A stretch of DNA of 59,641 nucleotides from Acidobacteriota bacterium (GTDB lineage Bacteria; Acidobacteriota; Thermoanaerobaculia; Thermoanaerobaculales; Sulfomarinibacteraceae): assembly GCA_013152895.1 (NCBI GenBank), contig JAADFN010000104.1, positions 1 to 59,641 on the forward strand, read 5' to 3'. The translations under genes were made by a program, and so were the position numbers. Each line of letters opens with the position of its first letter. Position 1 is the first letter of the stretch. Positions 34,799 to 43,902 of the stretch are shown piece after piece. The notes beneath the pieces are model-generated. The model was not told the DNA's origin and did no database searches. It worked only from the letters and a program-made list of their open reading frames with translations.

Positions 34799-36025
34799 GT
34801 GTCGCTTGATAAGCTCAACGCCGCATTGACCGCCGAGATCGAGGGTCTCAAACGCGAGGGACGGGCCAAGGATCCCGAGCGCGTGATCACGGGGTACCTC
34901 GAGCCGGAGGGGGACCGCGGCCCCCGCTACCGGCTCCAGGGTGCGGATCAGCTCTTCATCCGCATGAATTCGAACAGCTACCTGTCGCTCTCCAACCATC
35001 CCGAGCTTCTCGAGGCCGCCGACCGCGCCACGCACGACTTCGGCGTTGGTCCGGGAGCGGTTCGCTTCATCGATGGGACCTTCACGCATCACGTCGAGCT
35101 CGAGCGCCGGATCGCCGCATTCCTCGGGCGCCCGGCCGCACGGATATTCAACTCGGCGTACACGGCGAACCTCGGGCTCGCGATGACCCTGGGGACCCCC
35201 GAGACGTACTGGATCGGTGATCAACTCAACCACAACAGCATCATCCGCGCCATGCGGATCGCCGGCGTTCCGAAGGAGAGCAAGGCGATCTTCGCGCACA
35301 ACGACATGGACGAGCTCTCGCGCTGCCTGGAAAACGTGCCTGCCGGCACGAGGCGCGTCGTCGTCATCTTCGACGGCATCTTTTCCATGCGCGGGGACAA
35401 CGCGCCGCTCGACGAGATCGTGCGCCGCTGCGAGCCCTACCGCGACCGCTTCCCTGACGGCCTGGTCACGGTCATCGACGACAGCCACGGGATCGGCGCG
35501 TACGGCGAGACAGGCCGTGGAACCGAGGAGTTCACCGGCGCCCGTGCCGATATCGTCGTCGGTACCTTCGGGAAGGCGTTCGGCGTCAACGGCGGCTTCG
35601 TCGCCTCGAGCGCCGAGGTCGTCGAGGCCGTTCGCCAGAAGGCCGACACGTACATCTACACGAACCCGCTGGGCGTCGCCGACTGTGCGGCGGCTCTCGT
35701 CGCGCTCGACATCGCCGACGGCTCCGAGGGCAGGCAACGGCTCGCCCACCTCAAGGCGCGGATCGCCCAGTTCAGGGCCGGCATCGAACGCCTCGGCTGG
35801 GAATCGATTCCGGGACCGCATCCGGTGGTCCCCCTGCTCGTCCGCGACACCGCCCGGACACGCACGCTCGTACGACACTTTTACGATCATGGCGTCCTCG
35901 TCGTCGGCCTGGCGTACCCGGTCGTCCCGCGCGGCGACGAGACGATCCGGTTCCAGATCAATGCAGCGCATACCGAGGCCGACGTCGCTCAGGCGCTCGC
36001 GGCACTCGAATCATTTAACGGCTGA
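34799..36025 (+). CDS. PLP-dependent alpha-oxoamine synthase family acyltransferase (Kbl/BioF-like)
   Basis: The GTG at 34799 follows GGAGG. Motifs are NSYLSLSNHPEL, DDSHGIGAYGETGRG and the PLP lysine in GTFGKAFG. Confidence 0.82.
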   Translation: MSLDKLNAALTAEIEGLKREGRAKDPERVITGYLEPEGDRGPRYRLQGADQLFIRMNSNSYLSLSNHPELLEAADRATHDFGVGPGAVRFIDGTFTHHVELERRIAAFLGRPAARIFNSAYTANLGLAMTLGTPETYWIGDQLNHNSIIRAMRIAGVPKESKAIFAHNDMDELSRCLENVPAGTRRVVVIFDGIFSMRGDNAPLDEIVRRCEPYRDRFPDGLVTVIDDSHGIGAYGETGRGTEEFTGARADIVVGTFGKAFGVNGGFVASSAEVVEAVRQKADTYIYTNPLGVADCAAALVALDIADGSEGRQRLAHLKARIAQFRAGIERLGWESIPGPHPVVPLLVRDTARTRTLVRHFYDHGVLVVGLAYPVVPRGDETIRFQINAAHTEADVAQALAALESFNG

Positions 36026-36037
36026 GAGGGGAGGCCC

Positions 36038-36208
36038 ATGGCGCGACGAGGCGTATACAAGATCGACAAGCGGCAGAGAGAGCTCGCCAAGCAGAAGAAA
36101 CGGCGCGAAAAGCTCGAGCGCAAGCATAACAAGAACGCCGGCGACGAGGACGGACCGCCGGACGCCGGCGGCGACCAGGCTCCGCCCGAGCCAGGCGAAC
36201 CCGGGTAA
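36038..36208 (+). CDS. Small (56 aa) basic/acidic hypothetical protein
   Basis: It is too short for the ORF track. The ATG lies 5-6 nt after GGGGAGG and 13 nt after the preceding stop. It encodes MARRGVYKIDKRQRELAKQKKRREKLERKHNKNAGDEDGPPDAGGDQAPPEPGEPG. Third codon positions are mostly G/C, as in neighbouring genes. Confidence 0.4.
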   Translation: MARRGVYKIDKRQRELAKQKKRREKLERKHNKNAGDEDGPPDAGGDQAPPEPGEPG

Positions 36209-36664
36209 CCTGAAGCTTCAACCGTTCCCAACAACCGCGGCGAGCCCATGTCTCACGGACCTTCGTCGCGAGACCGTCGAGACGTCCGTCAATGTGGCGT
36301 TTCGGCAAGGTAGCGCCAAGGCGTGCTCGAGGCACGTCGCCGCCGCCGCAACATCGCGCGGGCGTATCCACGCCGCAGCAGGAAGCGTATGAGATAGGCT
36401 CCTGGTTCCTGCCGAGCGCGCCCACCGGTGTGTGCAGCGAGCGCGACGTTCAGTCGGCCGTGGGGCTCCACCGGGCGTGTGGAGGCTCGTTGGGAACAGC
36501 CCTCCAGAGTAACGATCCGAATCCCTCCGGGCGCATCCCTCGTTCCTTGGAGAACGGCTGGAGGAGTCTGCGCGGGCGCCGGAGATCGCGGAACGGGACG
36601 CCGGGGAAGCGGATGGTACGCATTCTCATGGCCTTCGCCACCGCCATCGCCCCGTCCCGATCCG

Positions 36665-36692
36665 AAAAAGGACCCCCGCGAAGCGGGGGCCC
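36665..36692 (-). terminator. Rho-independent terminator of the multihaem cytochrome gene
   Basis: The minus strand reads GGGCCCCCGC-TTC-GCGGGGGTCC followed by TTTTT, 40 nt downstream of the TAA at 36731. Confidence 0.65.
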
Positions 36693-36730
36693 GGAAGCGC
36701 TTTCATGAGCCGCCCTGATCGGCGGCGTTC

Positions 36731-39481
36731 TTATTTCAGGGCATCGAGGATCTCCGTCGCATTGTTGTTGGCATCGTAGAGAAGGGACATGAGGTAGAGG
36801 TGGTTGTGGAAGCCGTTGCTCTCGTCGGATTCGGCGTACGTCAGGTTGTGCCGAGCCTCGTCGAGCTTGGCTTTCAGCGTATCGTTGTCGACCCCTTCAA
36901 GGGCCGTGGCGGCCGCTTCCACGTTCTTCTGTGCCTGCGCATCGAGTGCCTTGAAGTTGTCCCGCCAGAGGTCGATGATGAGATTGAGATCATCGATCGT
37001 ATCGAGCTCGGAGTGGCACTTGGTGCACGAAATCGTGTCGCTCCCGTCCGGTTCATGGACGGCGACGGCCCAGGAGTGGCCGTGGAGCATGTTCGAGGTG
37101 CTGCCGTCCACGGAGCTGGTGTACATGTGGCAGTCGACGCACGTGGCGCCCGGCATGGTGACCTGGTTTGGAACGCCGGTTCCGCCGGTGCCCTGCTCGA
37201 TGTTGTAACTCAGATGGTCGGTATCGGCGAAGCGCAGGTTGCCGTGGCACTGGCCGCACAGCTCGCTCGCGTCCATCGCCTCGTGCTCGCCGGTTGAAGA
37301 GTTGAAGTAGGAGGGCGTGGACGGATCGTGCTGATCGTGGCACGCCGTGCAGGAAACGTTGGGCCATTCCGACGTGTTGGCCGGCGCGGTGTCGGCGGTG
37401 AACTGTCCGTCGGTGGTTGTGAAGAAGTAGCTCAGCGCGTCGGCCTCGCTCATTCCGCCGTTCGCCAGCACGGCCGTCGGCGCGTGGCAGGCGATACAGT
37501 TTTCGGCATCCGAGCCGTTGATCACCTCGTCCGGCGTTTGCCCGACGCGTTCTTCGGAGAGCTCGTCCGCGACGTCCGCCTGCGTCTTGGCGTGCTTGCT
37601 CGTCTTCCACGCGTCATAGGTCAGGTGATCGGTGTCCGCGAAGCGCAGGCTGCCGTGGCACTGGCCGCACAGCTCGCTCGAGCTCGACATCGGCTCGTGC
37701 TTGCCGGTCGAGGAGTTGAAGTAGGCCGGATGGGCCGGATCGTGCTGGTCGTGGCAGGTGATGCACGAGACGTTCGGCCAGTCGGACGTGTGGGCGGGCG
37801 CGGTGCTGTCGGAGAAAGCGCCGTCCTCGGTCGTGAAGAAGTACCCGAGGGCCTTCGTCTCGGTCATGCCCCCGTTGGCGAGGATCGCGGTCGGAGCGTG
37901 ACACGCGATGCAATTCTCGGCATCATCGCCATGCAGCACGTCGTTCGGCGTCTGTCCGACGCGCTCTTCGGAAAGCTCGTCCGCCACGTCGGCCTGGGTG
38001 CTCGCGTGGGGACCGCCCGCCCAGGTGTTGTAGACGACGTGATCCGTGTCGGCAAAGCGCAGGTTGCCGTGACACTGGCCGCACAGCTCGCTCGAGCTGG
38101 ACATCGGCTCGTAGGCCTTCGTTGAAGAGTTGAAGTAGGCCGGTGTGCTGGCGCCGTGCTGGTTGTGACAGACGATGCACGACACGTTCGGCCACTGGGC
38201 GGTGTTGTCGGGCGCCGTATCCGCCGTGAACACGCCGCCCGTGGTGGTAAAGAAGTGGTCCAGCGCCTCGGTCTCGTTCATCCCGCCGTTTTTCAGCACG
38301 GCCGTCGGGGCGTGGCAGGCGATGCAGTCTTCGGCATCGGCGCCGTTGATGACGTCGTCCGGCGTCTGCCCGACGCGCTCGTCGGAGAGCTCGTCCGCGA
38401 CGTCCGCCTGGGTCTCGTGATGCACACCCGCGGGACACGCCTCTACGGCCGGATGATCCGGCGCGTTGATCTTGCTATCGCAGTGGCACTGGCTGCAAAG
38501 CTCATCGGACTTCTGTGTATCGAGATCGTTCGGGTTGATGATCTTGGCCGGATCGCCGCCTCCGAGGATGTGCTCCGATCCAGGCCCGTGGCACGACTCG
38601 CACTGCACGTTGACGACGTCGAGGATCCCGTCGTGGTTCACGTCGAAGTAGCTCGGATCGCCCGGTTCGACGAGCGTGGCGGGGTAGGGCTTGTAGGTCC
38701 ATTCGCCCGACGTGGTCTGGTGCAGGTCGCGAACCCCGGACGCGTGACAGGAGGCGCATTTTTCGGCGAACGAGCTCGAGTTTCCGGAAGCCAGGGTCGC
38801 CGAATCGGTGGTCAGATCGAATCTCGGCAGGTCCGTGCTCGGGTCGTACCACGCGTCCGGGTTGTACAGCGTGTACCGTCCGGTCCGCTCGTCAAACTCG
38901 ATCGGGGACACGTAGTTACCGGTCGAAAGGGAGTCGAAAGCATCGGTCACCGGAACGCGCACCACGAACATCTGGGCGGCCTTGCCGTTGCCGCCGATGG
39001 TGAAGACCACCGGCATCTTGTCCTGGCCGATCGTGATGAAGTACCGTCCGTTCTCGACCGACAGGATTGGTGCGTTCGGCTTGTAGGGGTCGAAGACCGA
39101 AGATATCTTGTTGAAGTCGAGCCCCTCGGCGAAGTCATCGACGCCGTCGCCGTCGTAATCGGCGATCACGCCCTCGCCGCGTTTCATCGAGTACTGGGTC
39201 AGCGCCTGCCGCAGCTCGTGAGCGTGGGTGTTCTCGCGCCAATCGGCCTCGTCCTGGTGGCACGCGATGCAGTATTCAGCGCCCACCTCGACGCCGGTCT
39301 GGAGTTGGTCCATCGTGTAGGTCAGCTGAAGCTTCTGGATGACATCGTTGACGTTGACGGTTCGCTTGACGTGACGAACGCCCCGGATGGCGTGGCTGCT
39401 CCGGAGCTGCGGTCCCGCAGCCGAAGCGATCGTTGCGATAGCCGCGACCACGAGAGTCCCTAAAACTGCCTTTCGTCTCAT
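36731..39481 (-). CDS. Secreted multihaem c-type cytochrome (15 CXXCH motifs)
   Basis: The ATG at 39481 follows GGAGG. The signal peptide is MRRKAVLGTLVVAAIATIASAAG. I counted 15 CXXCH motifs (CIACH x4, CGQCH x3, CASCH, CESCH, CSQCH, CIVCH, CITCH, CTACH, CVDCH, CTKCH). The ORF-track start at 39562 is trimmed. Confidence 0.9.
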   Translation of the reverse strand: MRRKAVLGTLVVAAIATIASAAGPQLRSSHAIRGVRHVKRTVNVNDVIQKLQLTYTMDQLQTGVEVGAEYCIACHQDEADWRENTHAHELRQALTQYSMKRGEGVIADYDGDGVDDFAEGLDFNKISSVFDPYKPNAPILSVENGRYFITIGQDKMPVVFTIGGNGKAAQMFVVRVPVTDAFDSLSTGNYVSPIEFDERTGRYTLYNPDAWYDPSTDLPRFDLTTDSATLASGNSSSFAEKCASCHASGVRDLHQTTSGEWTYKPYPATLVEPGDPSYFDVNHDGILDVVNVQCESCHGPGSEHILGGGDPAKIINPNDLDTQKSDELCSQCHCDSKINAPDHPAVEACPAGVHHETQADVADELSDERVGQTPDDVINGADAEDCIACHAPTAVLKNGGMNETEALDHFFTTTGGVFTADTAPDNTAQWPNVSCIVCHNQHGASTPAYFNSSTKAYEPMSSSSELCGQCHGNLRFADTDHVVYNTWAGGPHASTQADVADELSEERVGQTPNDVLHGDDAENCIACHAPTAILANGGMTETKALGYFFTTEDGAFSDSTAPAHTSDWPNVSCITCHDQHDPAHPAYFNSSTGKHEPMSSSSELCGQCHGSLRFADTDHLTYDAWKTSKHAKTQADVADELSEERVGQTPDEVINGSDAENCIACHAPTAVLANGGMSEADALSYFFTTTDGQFTADTAPANTSEWPNVSCTACHDQHDPSTPSYFNSSTGEHEAMDASELCGQCHGNLRFADTDHLSYNIEQGTGGTGVPNQVTMPGATCVDCHMYTSSVDGSTSNMLHGHSWAVAVHEPDGSDTISCTKCHSELDTIDDLNLIIDLWRDNFKALDAQAQKNVEAAATALEGVDNDTLKAKLDEARHNLTYAESDESNGFHNHLYLMSLLYDANNNATEILDALK
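37214..38413 (-). repeat. Three tandem ~414-nt (138-aa) coding repeats, each a tri-haem module
   Basis: Units start at ORF residues 384, 522 and 660 with TQADVADELS(D/E)ERVGQTP. Each contains CIACHAPTA, NVSC(I/T)xCH(N/D)QH and ELCGQCHGxLRFADTDH. Matching nucleotide landmarks recur every 411-414 nt. Confidence 0.9.
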
Positions 39482-39971
39482 TCCGACCTCCTTCTTGGGA
39501 TGGGGGAGGTACTCGAAAGGACCGCGCACGAGCGGAACGACAGGAATACCTCCCGGAAGCAATGGTGATACGTATCGGGATGCCTTGTCGAGATTTTGAA
39601 GGAATGTGCCGGTCCGGGCATCCGCGCCCGGGCGGACGGATGCGCAAAGGCCTCAAGCGATGGCGTGCTTTGAACCTGCATTATTCTCGCATTGTTCGCG
39701 GGAAGTGGCTGGTTTGCGAAATTGCACATATAATCACAAGCTGTTTCCCACTTGCCCTTCCTGGGATAACTCCCATATGTAATCTAGATCCGGCCTTGAA
39801 GGATGTCAAGATATTACTATGTAGTCATTTAGCGAATCATGGGCTTCTGGATGTCCGGCACACCTTGGCTCACGCACTCCGGGGATTATTCTGCGACAAG
39901 GCCGCGTTCTTGCTTCTATCAGTACTCTGGTCGGCCGGGGATGCGGGCTGGAAGTTGCGGAGGTGCGAGAG

Positions 39972-41228
39972 ATGAGCGAGTTGCTTGATACCAGGCGATC
40001 CCGGAGGGAGAAGCTGAAGGAGATGATCCGGAGGCTCCACGACGGGGCCGACCCCGAGGTGCTCAAGGAGGAGTTCCGGGAGATCCTGGCCGACGTCGGG
40101 ACCGCGGAGCTCTCCGCGATGGAGACGGAGTTGATGGAAGAAGGGCTTCCCCAGGAGGAGGTCCAGCGGATGTGCGACGTGCACGCCCTCCTCTTCCGGA
40201 GCAGCTTTGGCGGCGGCGGCGACGTGACCATGACTCCGGGCCACCCGGTCCACACCTTTCGCCTCGAGAATCAGGCCATCATCGAGATCGTCGGTCGGTA
40301 CCGCGAGGTGCTCCAGGGTCTCAGGACCGGCGACGGCGCGGCGAATGTCGATCTCCTGGAGGAATGGCGGCGCGTCCACGACAGCCTGGCACGTGTGGAC
40401 AACCACTACCAGCGCAAGGAACACCTCGTGTTCCCCTACCTCGAGAAAGCCGGGCTGACCGGGCCGCCGAAGGTCATGTGGGGCGTCGATGACGAGATCC
40501 GAAGCATGCTCAAGGCGGTCGGGGAGTTGCTGGAGTCGGCCGGAGAGCTGCACGCCCAGGAGCTGGACCTGGCCGTGGAGACGCTGATCGAACCCATGCT
40601 CCGCAAGATCGAGAGCATGGTCGAGAAGGAGGACCGGATCCTCTGGCCGATGGCGCTCGAACACCTGTCTCAGAACGACTGGCAGGAGGTCGTCGCCGGC
40701 TGGCGGGAGTTCGGGGAGCTGCTCGCCGAGCCGGCCGGCATCTGGCTACCCCTGGCCACAGGCGTTTCGCCCGCCCCAGGACCGGATCCTGCTCGAAATA
40801 GCGCCGGAGCGATCGCGCTGCCCTCGGGAGGGCTGAGCGTGGAACAGCTGACGGCCATGCTGAACACCCTTCCGGTCGACATCACGTTCGTCGACGCCGA
40901 GGACACCGTCGCCTACTTCTCCGAGGGCCCGGACCGCGTCTTCGCCCGGAGCCGCACGGTGCTGGGAAGAAAGGTGCAGAACTGCCATCCGCCCAAGAGC
41001 CTGCACATCGTCCAGCGAATCGTCGACGAGTTTCGCGAAGGCACGCGGGACGTCGCCGAGTTCTGGATCCAGCAGGGAGGACGTTTCGTGCACATCCGGT
41101 ACTTCCCGGTGCGGGCGGCCGACGGACGCTTCCTTGGCACCCTCGAGATGACCCAGGACGTCACGGCCATCCGCGCTCTCGAGGGCGAGCGGCGCCTCCT
41201 GGACGACGAAGCGGAGGAGAAACGATGA
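39972..41228 (+). CDS. DUF438 / hemerythrin-like / PAS domain protein
   Basis: The ATG at 39972 is 7 nt after GGAGG. The N-terminal DUF438-like region is MSELLDTRRSRREKLKEMIRRLHDGADPEVLKEEF...CDVHALLFR. An HHE-type hemerythrin-like helical region follows, then a C-terminal PAS-like domain (ITFVDAEDTVAYFSEG...RKVQNCHPPKS). Confidence 0.75.
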   Translation: MSELLDTRRSRREKLKEMIRRLHDGADPEVLKEEFREILADVGTAELSAMETELMEEGLPQEEVQRMCDVHALLFRSSFGGGGDVTMTPGHPVHTFRLENQAIIEIVGRYREVLQGLRTGDGAANVDLLEEWRRVHDSLARVDNHYQRKEHLVFPYLEKAGLTGPPKVMWGVDDEIRSMLKAVGELLESAGELHAQELDLAVETLIEPMLRKIESMVEKEDRILWPMALEHLSQNDWQEVVAGWREFGELLAEPAGIWLPLATGVSPAPGPDPARNSAGAIALPSGGLSVEQLTAMLNTLPVDITFVDAEDTVAYFSEGPDRVFARSRTVLGRKVQNCHPPKSLHIVQRIVDEFREGTRDVAEFWIQQGGRFVHIRYFPVRAADGRFLGTLEMTQDVTAIRALEGERRLLDDEAEEKR

Positions 41229-41746
41229 GGGAGGAGCTGGTGACGCCCGATACCCGCATCGGGAAGCTCCTCTCGGAGCATCCGGAAATCGAGGCGTTTC
41301 TCGTCAGGATCTCCCCGCGCTTCGCTGCGTTGAAGAACCCGATCATGCGGCGAACCGTCGGCCGCATGGCCACCGTGGCCCAGGCGGCCGCGATCGCCGG
41401 CATGCCGGCGCCCGAGCTCGTCATGGCCCTCCGCCGGGAGCTCGGGCAAGCGGGGGGCGAGGCGGCCGCCGTTTCCGAAGACGTATCGCCATCCCCCCGG
41501 CCCACGTGGGTCGAGGTCACCGAGCCTTCGGTGGTCCTCAACGGCGACGAGCTAATGGCCCAGGGGCACACGCCGGTCAATGCCGTTCGCCGCCGGCTCG
41601 GCGAGCTCGCCCCCGGCCAGGTGCTGCTGCTCGAGGTCTCGTTCAAGCCGGAGCCCCTGATACAGGCCTTGCAGCACCAGGGCTTCAACCTTCACGCGGA
41701 ACCGGCCGGCGGCGGCGCCTGGAAGGTCTGGTTCCGCAATGCATGA
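41225..41746 (+). CDS. DUF1858 + DUF2249 two-domain protein
   Basis: It is ATGA-coupled to the DUF438 gene. The N-terminal DUF1858-like region is VTPDTRIGKLLSEHPEIEAFLVRISPRFAALKNPIMRRTVGRMATV. The C-terminal DUF2249-like module is GELAPGQVLLLEVSFKPEPLIQALQHQGF. Confidence 0.65.
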   Translation: MREELVTPDTRIGKLLSEHPEIEAFLVRISPRFAALKNPIMRRTVGRMATVAQAAAIAGMPAPELVMALRRELGQAGGEAAAVSEDVSPSPRPTWVEVTEPSVVLNGDELMAQGHTPVNAVRRRLGELAPGQVLLLEVSFKPEPLIQALQHQGFNLHAEPAGGGAWKVWFRNA

Positions 41747-41802
41747 TGGGATACCATCCCCAACGCGAGCGTGATCTACCTCGGATAGAGCTGGAGCGGA
41801 GC

Positions 41803-42738
41803 ATGAAGACCACAGAATCGATCCTCGACCTCATCGGAGGCACCCCCCTCCTGCGGCTTGGAGACCTGGAGCCCGCCGGGAGCGGCGAGGTATGGGCCAA
41901 ACTGGAGGCCTTCAACCCCGGGTTTTCCGTCAAGGACCGCATCGGACTCGCCATGGTCCGCGCGGCCGAGGCCAACGGCAGGCTCAAACCCGGCGGAACA
42001 ATCGTGGAGGCCACCGCCGGCAACACCGGGATTGCCCTCGCCCTCGCCGGGCGCAGGTCCGGATACCGTGTCATTCTCGTCGTGCCGGAGAAGTTCTCGA
42101 CCGAAAAGCAGGTCATCATGCGCGCCCTGGGCGCCGAGCTGATCCTCTCTCCTGCCGAGGAGGGAATGGAGGGGGCGCAGCGCCGGGCGCGGAGCATCGC
42201 GGAGAAAACTCCCGGCGCGTTCTACGTGGATCAATTCGCCAACCCCGCCAATCCGGACGTTCACGCTTCCACGACCGGTCCGGAGATCTTCGAGCAGACG
42301 GCGGGGAAGCTCGACGCCATCGTCATCGGATGCGGCTCCGGGGGCACGTTCACCGGCACCGTTCGCTACCTGAAGCAGCGTGTTGCGGGCCTGCACGCCG
42401 TGGCCGTGGAGCCGGTCGGCTCCATCCTCGGCGGCGGCGAGCCCGGGCCCCACGAGATCGAGGGCATCGGGATGGACGTGATCCATCCGATCGTCGACCT
42501 CGACCTCATCGACGAGGTCATGGCGGTTTCCGACCCCGATGCTTTTGCCACCCTCCGCGCGCTCGCCGCCCGGTGCGGCGTCCTTGCCGGCTCATCCGGG
42601 GGCGCCAACGTTTGGGCCGCCATACAGGTCGCCGGACGGCTCGGGCCGGGCACGCGAACCGTGACCATGATCCCCGACTCGGCCGAACGCTACCTTTCCA
42701 AGTCCATCTTCGAGCTTTTCCCGGAGGCCGTACTGTGA
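41803..42738 (+). CDS. Cysteine synthase / cystathionine beta-synthase family PLP enzyme
   Basis: The ATG is at 41803. Motifs are IGGTPLLRL, the PLP lysine in NPGFSVKDRIG, GNTGIALA and GSGGTFTG. The ORF-track start at 41506 is trimmed. Confidence 0.88.
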   Translation: MKTTESILDLIGGTPLLRLGDLEPAGSGEVWAKLEAFNPGFSVKDRIGLAMVRAAEANGRLKPGGTIVEATAGNTGIALALAGRRSGYRVILVVPEKFSTEKQVIMRALGAELILSPAEEGMEGAQRRARSIAEKTPGAFYVDQFANPANPDVHASTTGPEIFEQTAGKLDAIVIGCGSGGTFTGTVRYLKQRVAGLHAVAVEPVGSILGGGEPGPHEIEGIGMDVIHPIVDLDLIDEVMAVSDPDAFATLRALAARCGVLAGSSGGANVWAAIQVAGRLGPGTRTVTMIPDSAERYLSKSIFELFPEAVL

Positions 42739-43883
42739 AGATCGAGACCAGATGCGTCAGGGCGGGCTACGAACCCGAGGAAGCCACCGGAGCGGTCAAC
42801 GTTCCCATATACGCGACCTCCACGTATGCGTACCGCCGCTTCGGCGAACACCGGGGCTGGGAGTATTCGCGCACGGCCAATCCGACCCGCAGCGCGCTCG
42901 AGCGCGCCGTCGCCGAGCTCGAAGGCGGCGCCGACGCCGTGGCGTTCGCGTCCGGCCTGGCCGCCATCGATGCGGTGACCAACCTCCTTCAGCCCGGCGA
43001 CCGGATCGTCGCGTCGGACAACCTGTACGGCGGCACCTACCGTCTCCTGGAGACGATCACCGCCCGCCACGGCATCGCGACCACCTTCGTCGATGCCTCC
43101 ACGAGCGACCTCCTGTCCGCCGCCGTCACCGGAACCACCCGCCTCATCCTCCTGGAGACGCCGACGAACCCCCTGATGCAGCTTGCTGACATCGCCGCGG
43201 CGGCCCGGATCGCCCACGAACGCGGGATCCTGCTGGTGGTCGACAACACCTTCTTGACGCCGGTCTTCCAGCGCCCGCTCGAGCTGGGCGCCGACCTCGT
43301 CGTACACTCGACGACCAAGTACCTCAACGGCCATTCCGACAGCGTGGGCGGTATCGTGGTCGCGGGGACGCACGAGCTGGGCGAACGACTGCACACGATT
43401 CAGAACAACGTGGGCGCCATCATGGGACCGTTCGACGCCTACCTCGTTCTTCGAGGTCTGCGAACCCTCGCCGTCCGCATGGCCGCCCACGAGGCCAACG
43501 GTCGGGCCCTCGCGAGCATGCTCGCCCATCGGCGGGACGTTGCGCGCGTCCTGTACCCGGGACTGCCGGGCCATCCCCAGCATGACCTGGCGAGCCGCCA
43601 ACAGGGTGGTTTCGGCGCGATGATCTCGTTCGACCTCGGAACCCTCGCCAGGGCGCGCGCGTTCTGTGACGCCACCGGAATTTTTCTCCTCGCCGAGTCC
43701 CTCGGCGGCGTCGAGTCCCTGGTCTGCCATCCCGCAACCATGACGCACGCAGCGGTACCACCGGCGGAACGGGAACGCCTGGGCATCGGCGACGGGCTGC
43801 TTCGCCTTTCCGTGGGGATCGAAGCTCTCGAAGACCTGGAAGCCGACCTGGTCCAAGCGCTCGACGCCGCTGGAAAGGCGTGA
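42735..43883 (+). CDS. Cystathionine gamma-synthase/lyase family (Cys/Met-metabolism PLP-dependent enzyme)
   Basis: The GTG at 42735 overlaps the preceding stop as GTGA. Motifs are VNVPIYATSTYAY and the PLP lysine in HSTTKYLNGHSD. Confidence 0.88.
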   Translation: MKIETRCVRAGYEPEEATGAVNVPIYATSTYAYRRFGEHRGWEYSRTANPTRSALERAVAELEGGADAVAFASGLAAIDAVTNLLQPGDRIVASDNLYGGTYRLLETITARHGIATTFVDASTSDLLSAAVTGTTRLILLETPTNPLMQLADIAAAARIAHERGILLVVDNTFLTPVFQRPLELGADLVVHSTTKYLNGHSDSVGGIVVAGTHELGERLHTIQNNVGAIMGPFDAYLVLRGLRTLAVRMAAHEANGRALASMLAHRRDVARVLYPGLPGHPQHDLASRQQGGFGAMISFDLGTLARARAFCDATGIFLLAESLGGVESLVCHPATMTHAAVPPAERERLGIGDGLLRLSVGIEALEDLEADLVQALDAAGKA

Positions 43884-43902
43884 ACCCCCGAGACGTCACC
43901 GC

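Noticed and set aside
36292-36708. A 138-aa plus-strand ORF as a real gene filling the unassigned region.
   Set aside because: The product is low-complexity and Arg/Gly/Pro/Ser-rich. The ORF reads through the terminator hairpin of the convergent cytochrome gene, and I saw no ribosome-binding site.
37214-38413. The cytochrome tandem repeats as a CRISPR array or as a diversity-generating retroelement target.
   Set aside because: The repeats are 414 nt long, in-frame and coding, with no spacer structure. No reverse transcriptase, template repeat or cas gene is in the window. Differences between units are not adenine-biased in any way I could see.
39598-39615. A possible sigma-54 promoter (GGCAC-ATTCC-TTCA on the minus strand) upstream of the multihaem cytochrome.
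   Set aside because: The invariant -12 GC dinucleotide is missing (it reads CA), and the -24 T is a C.
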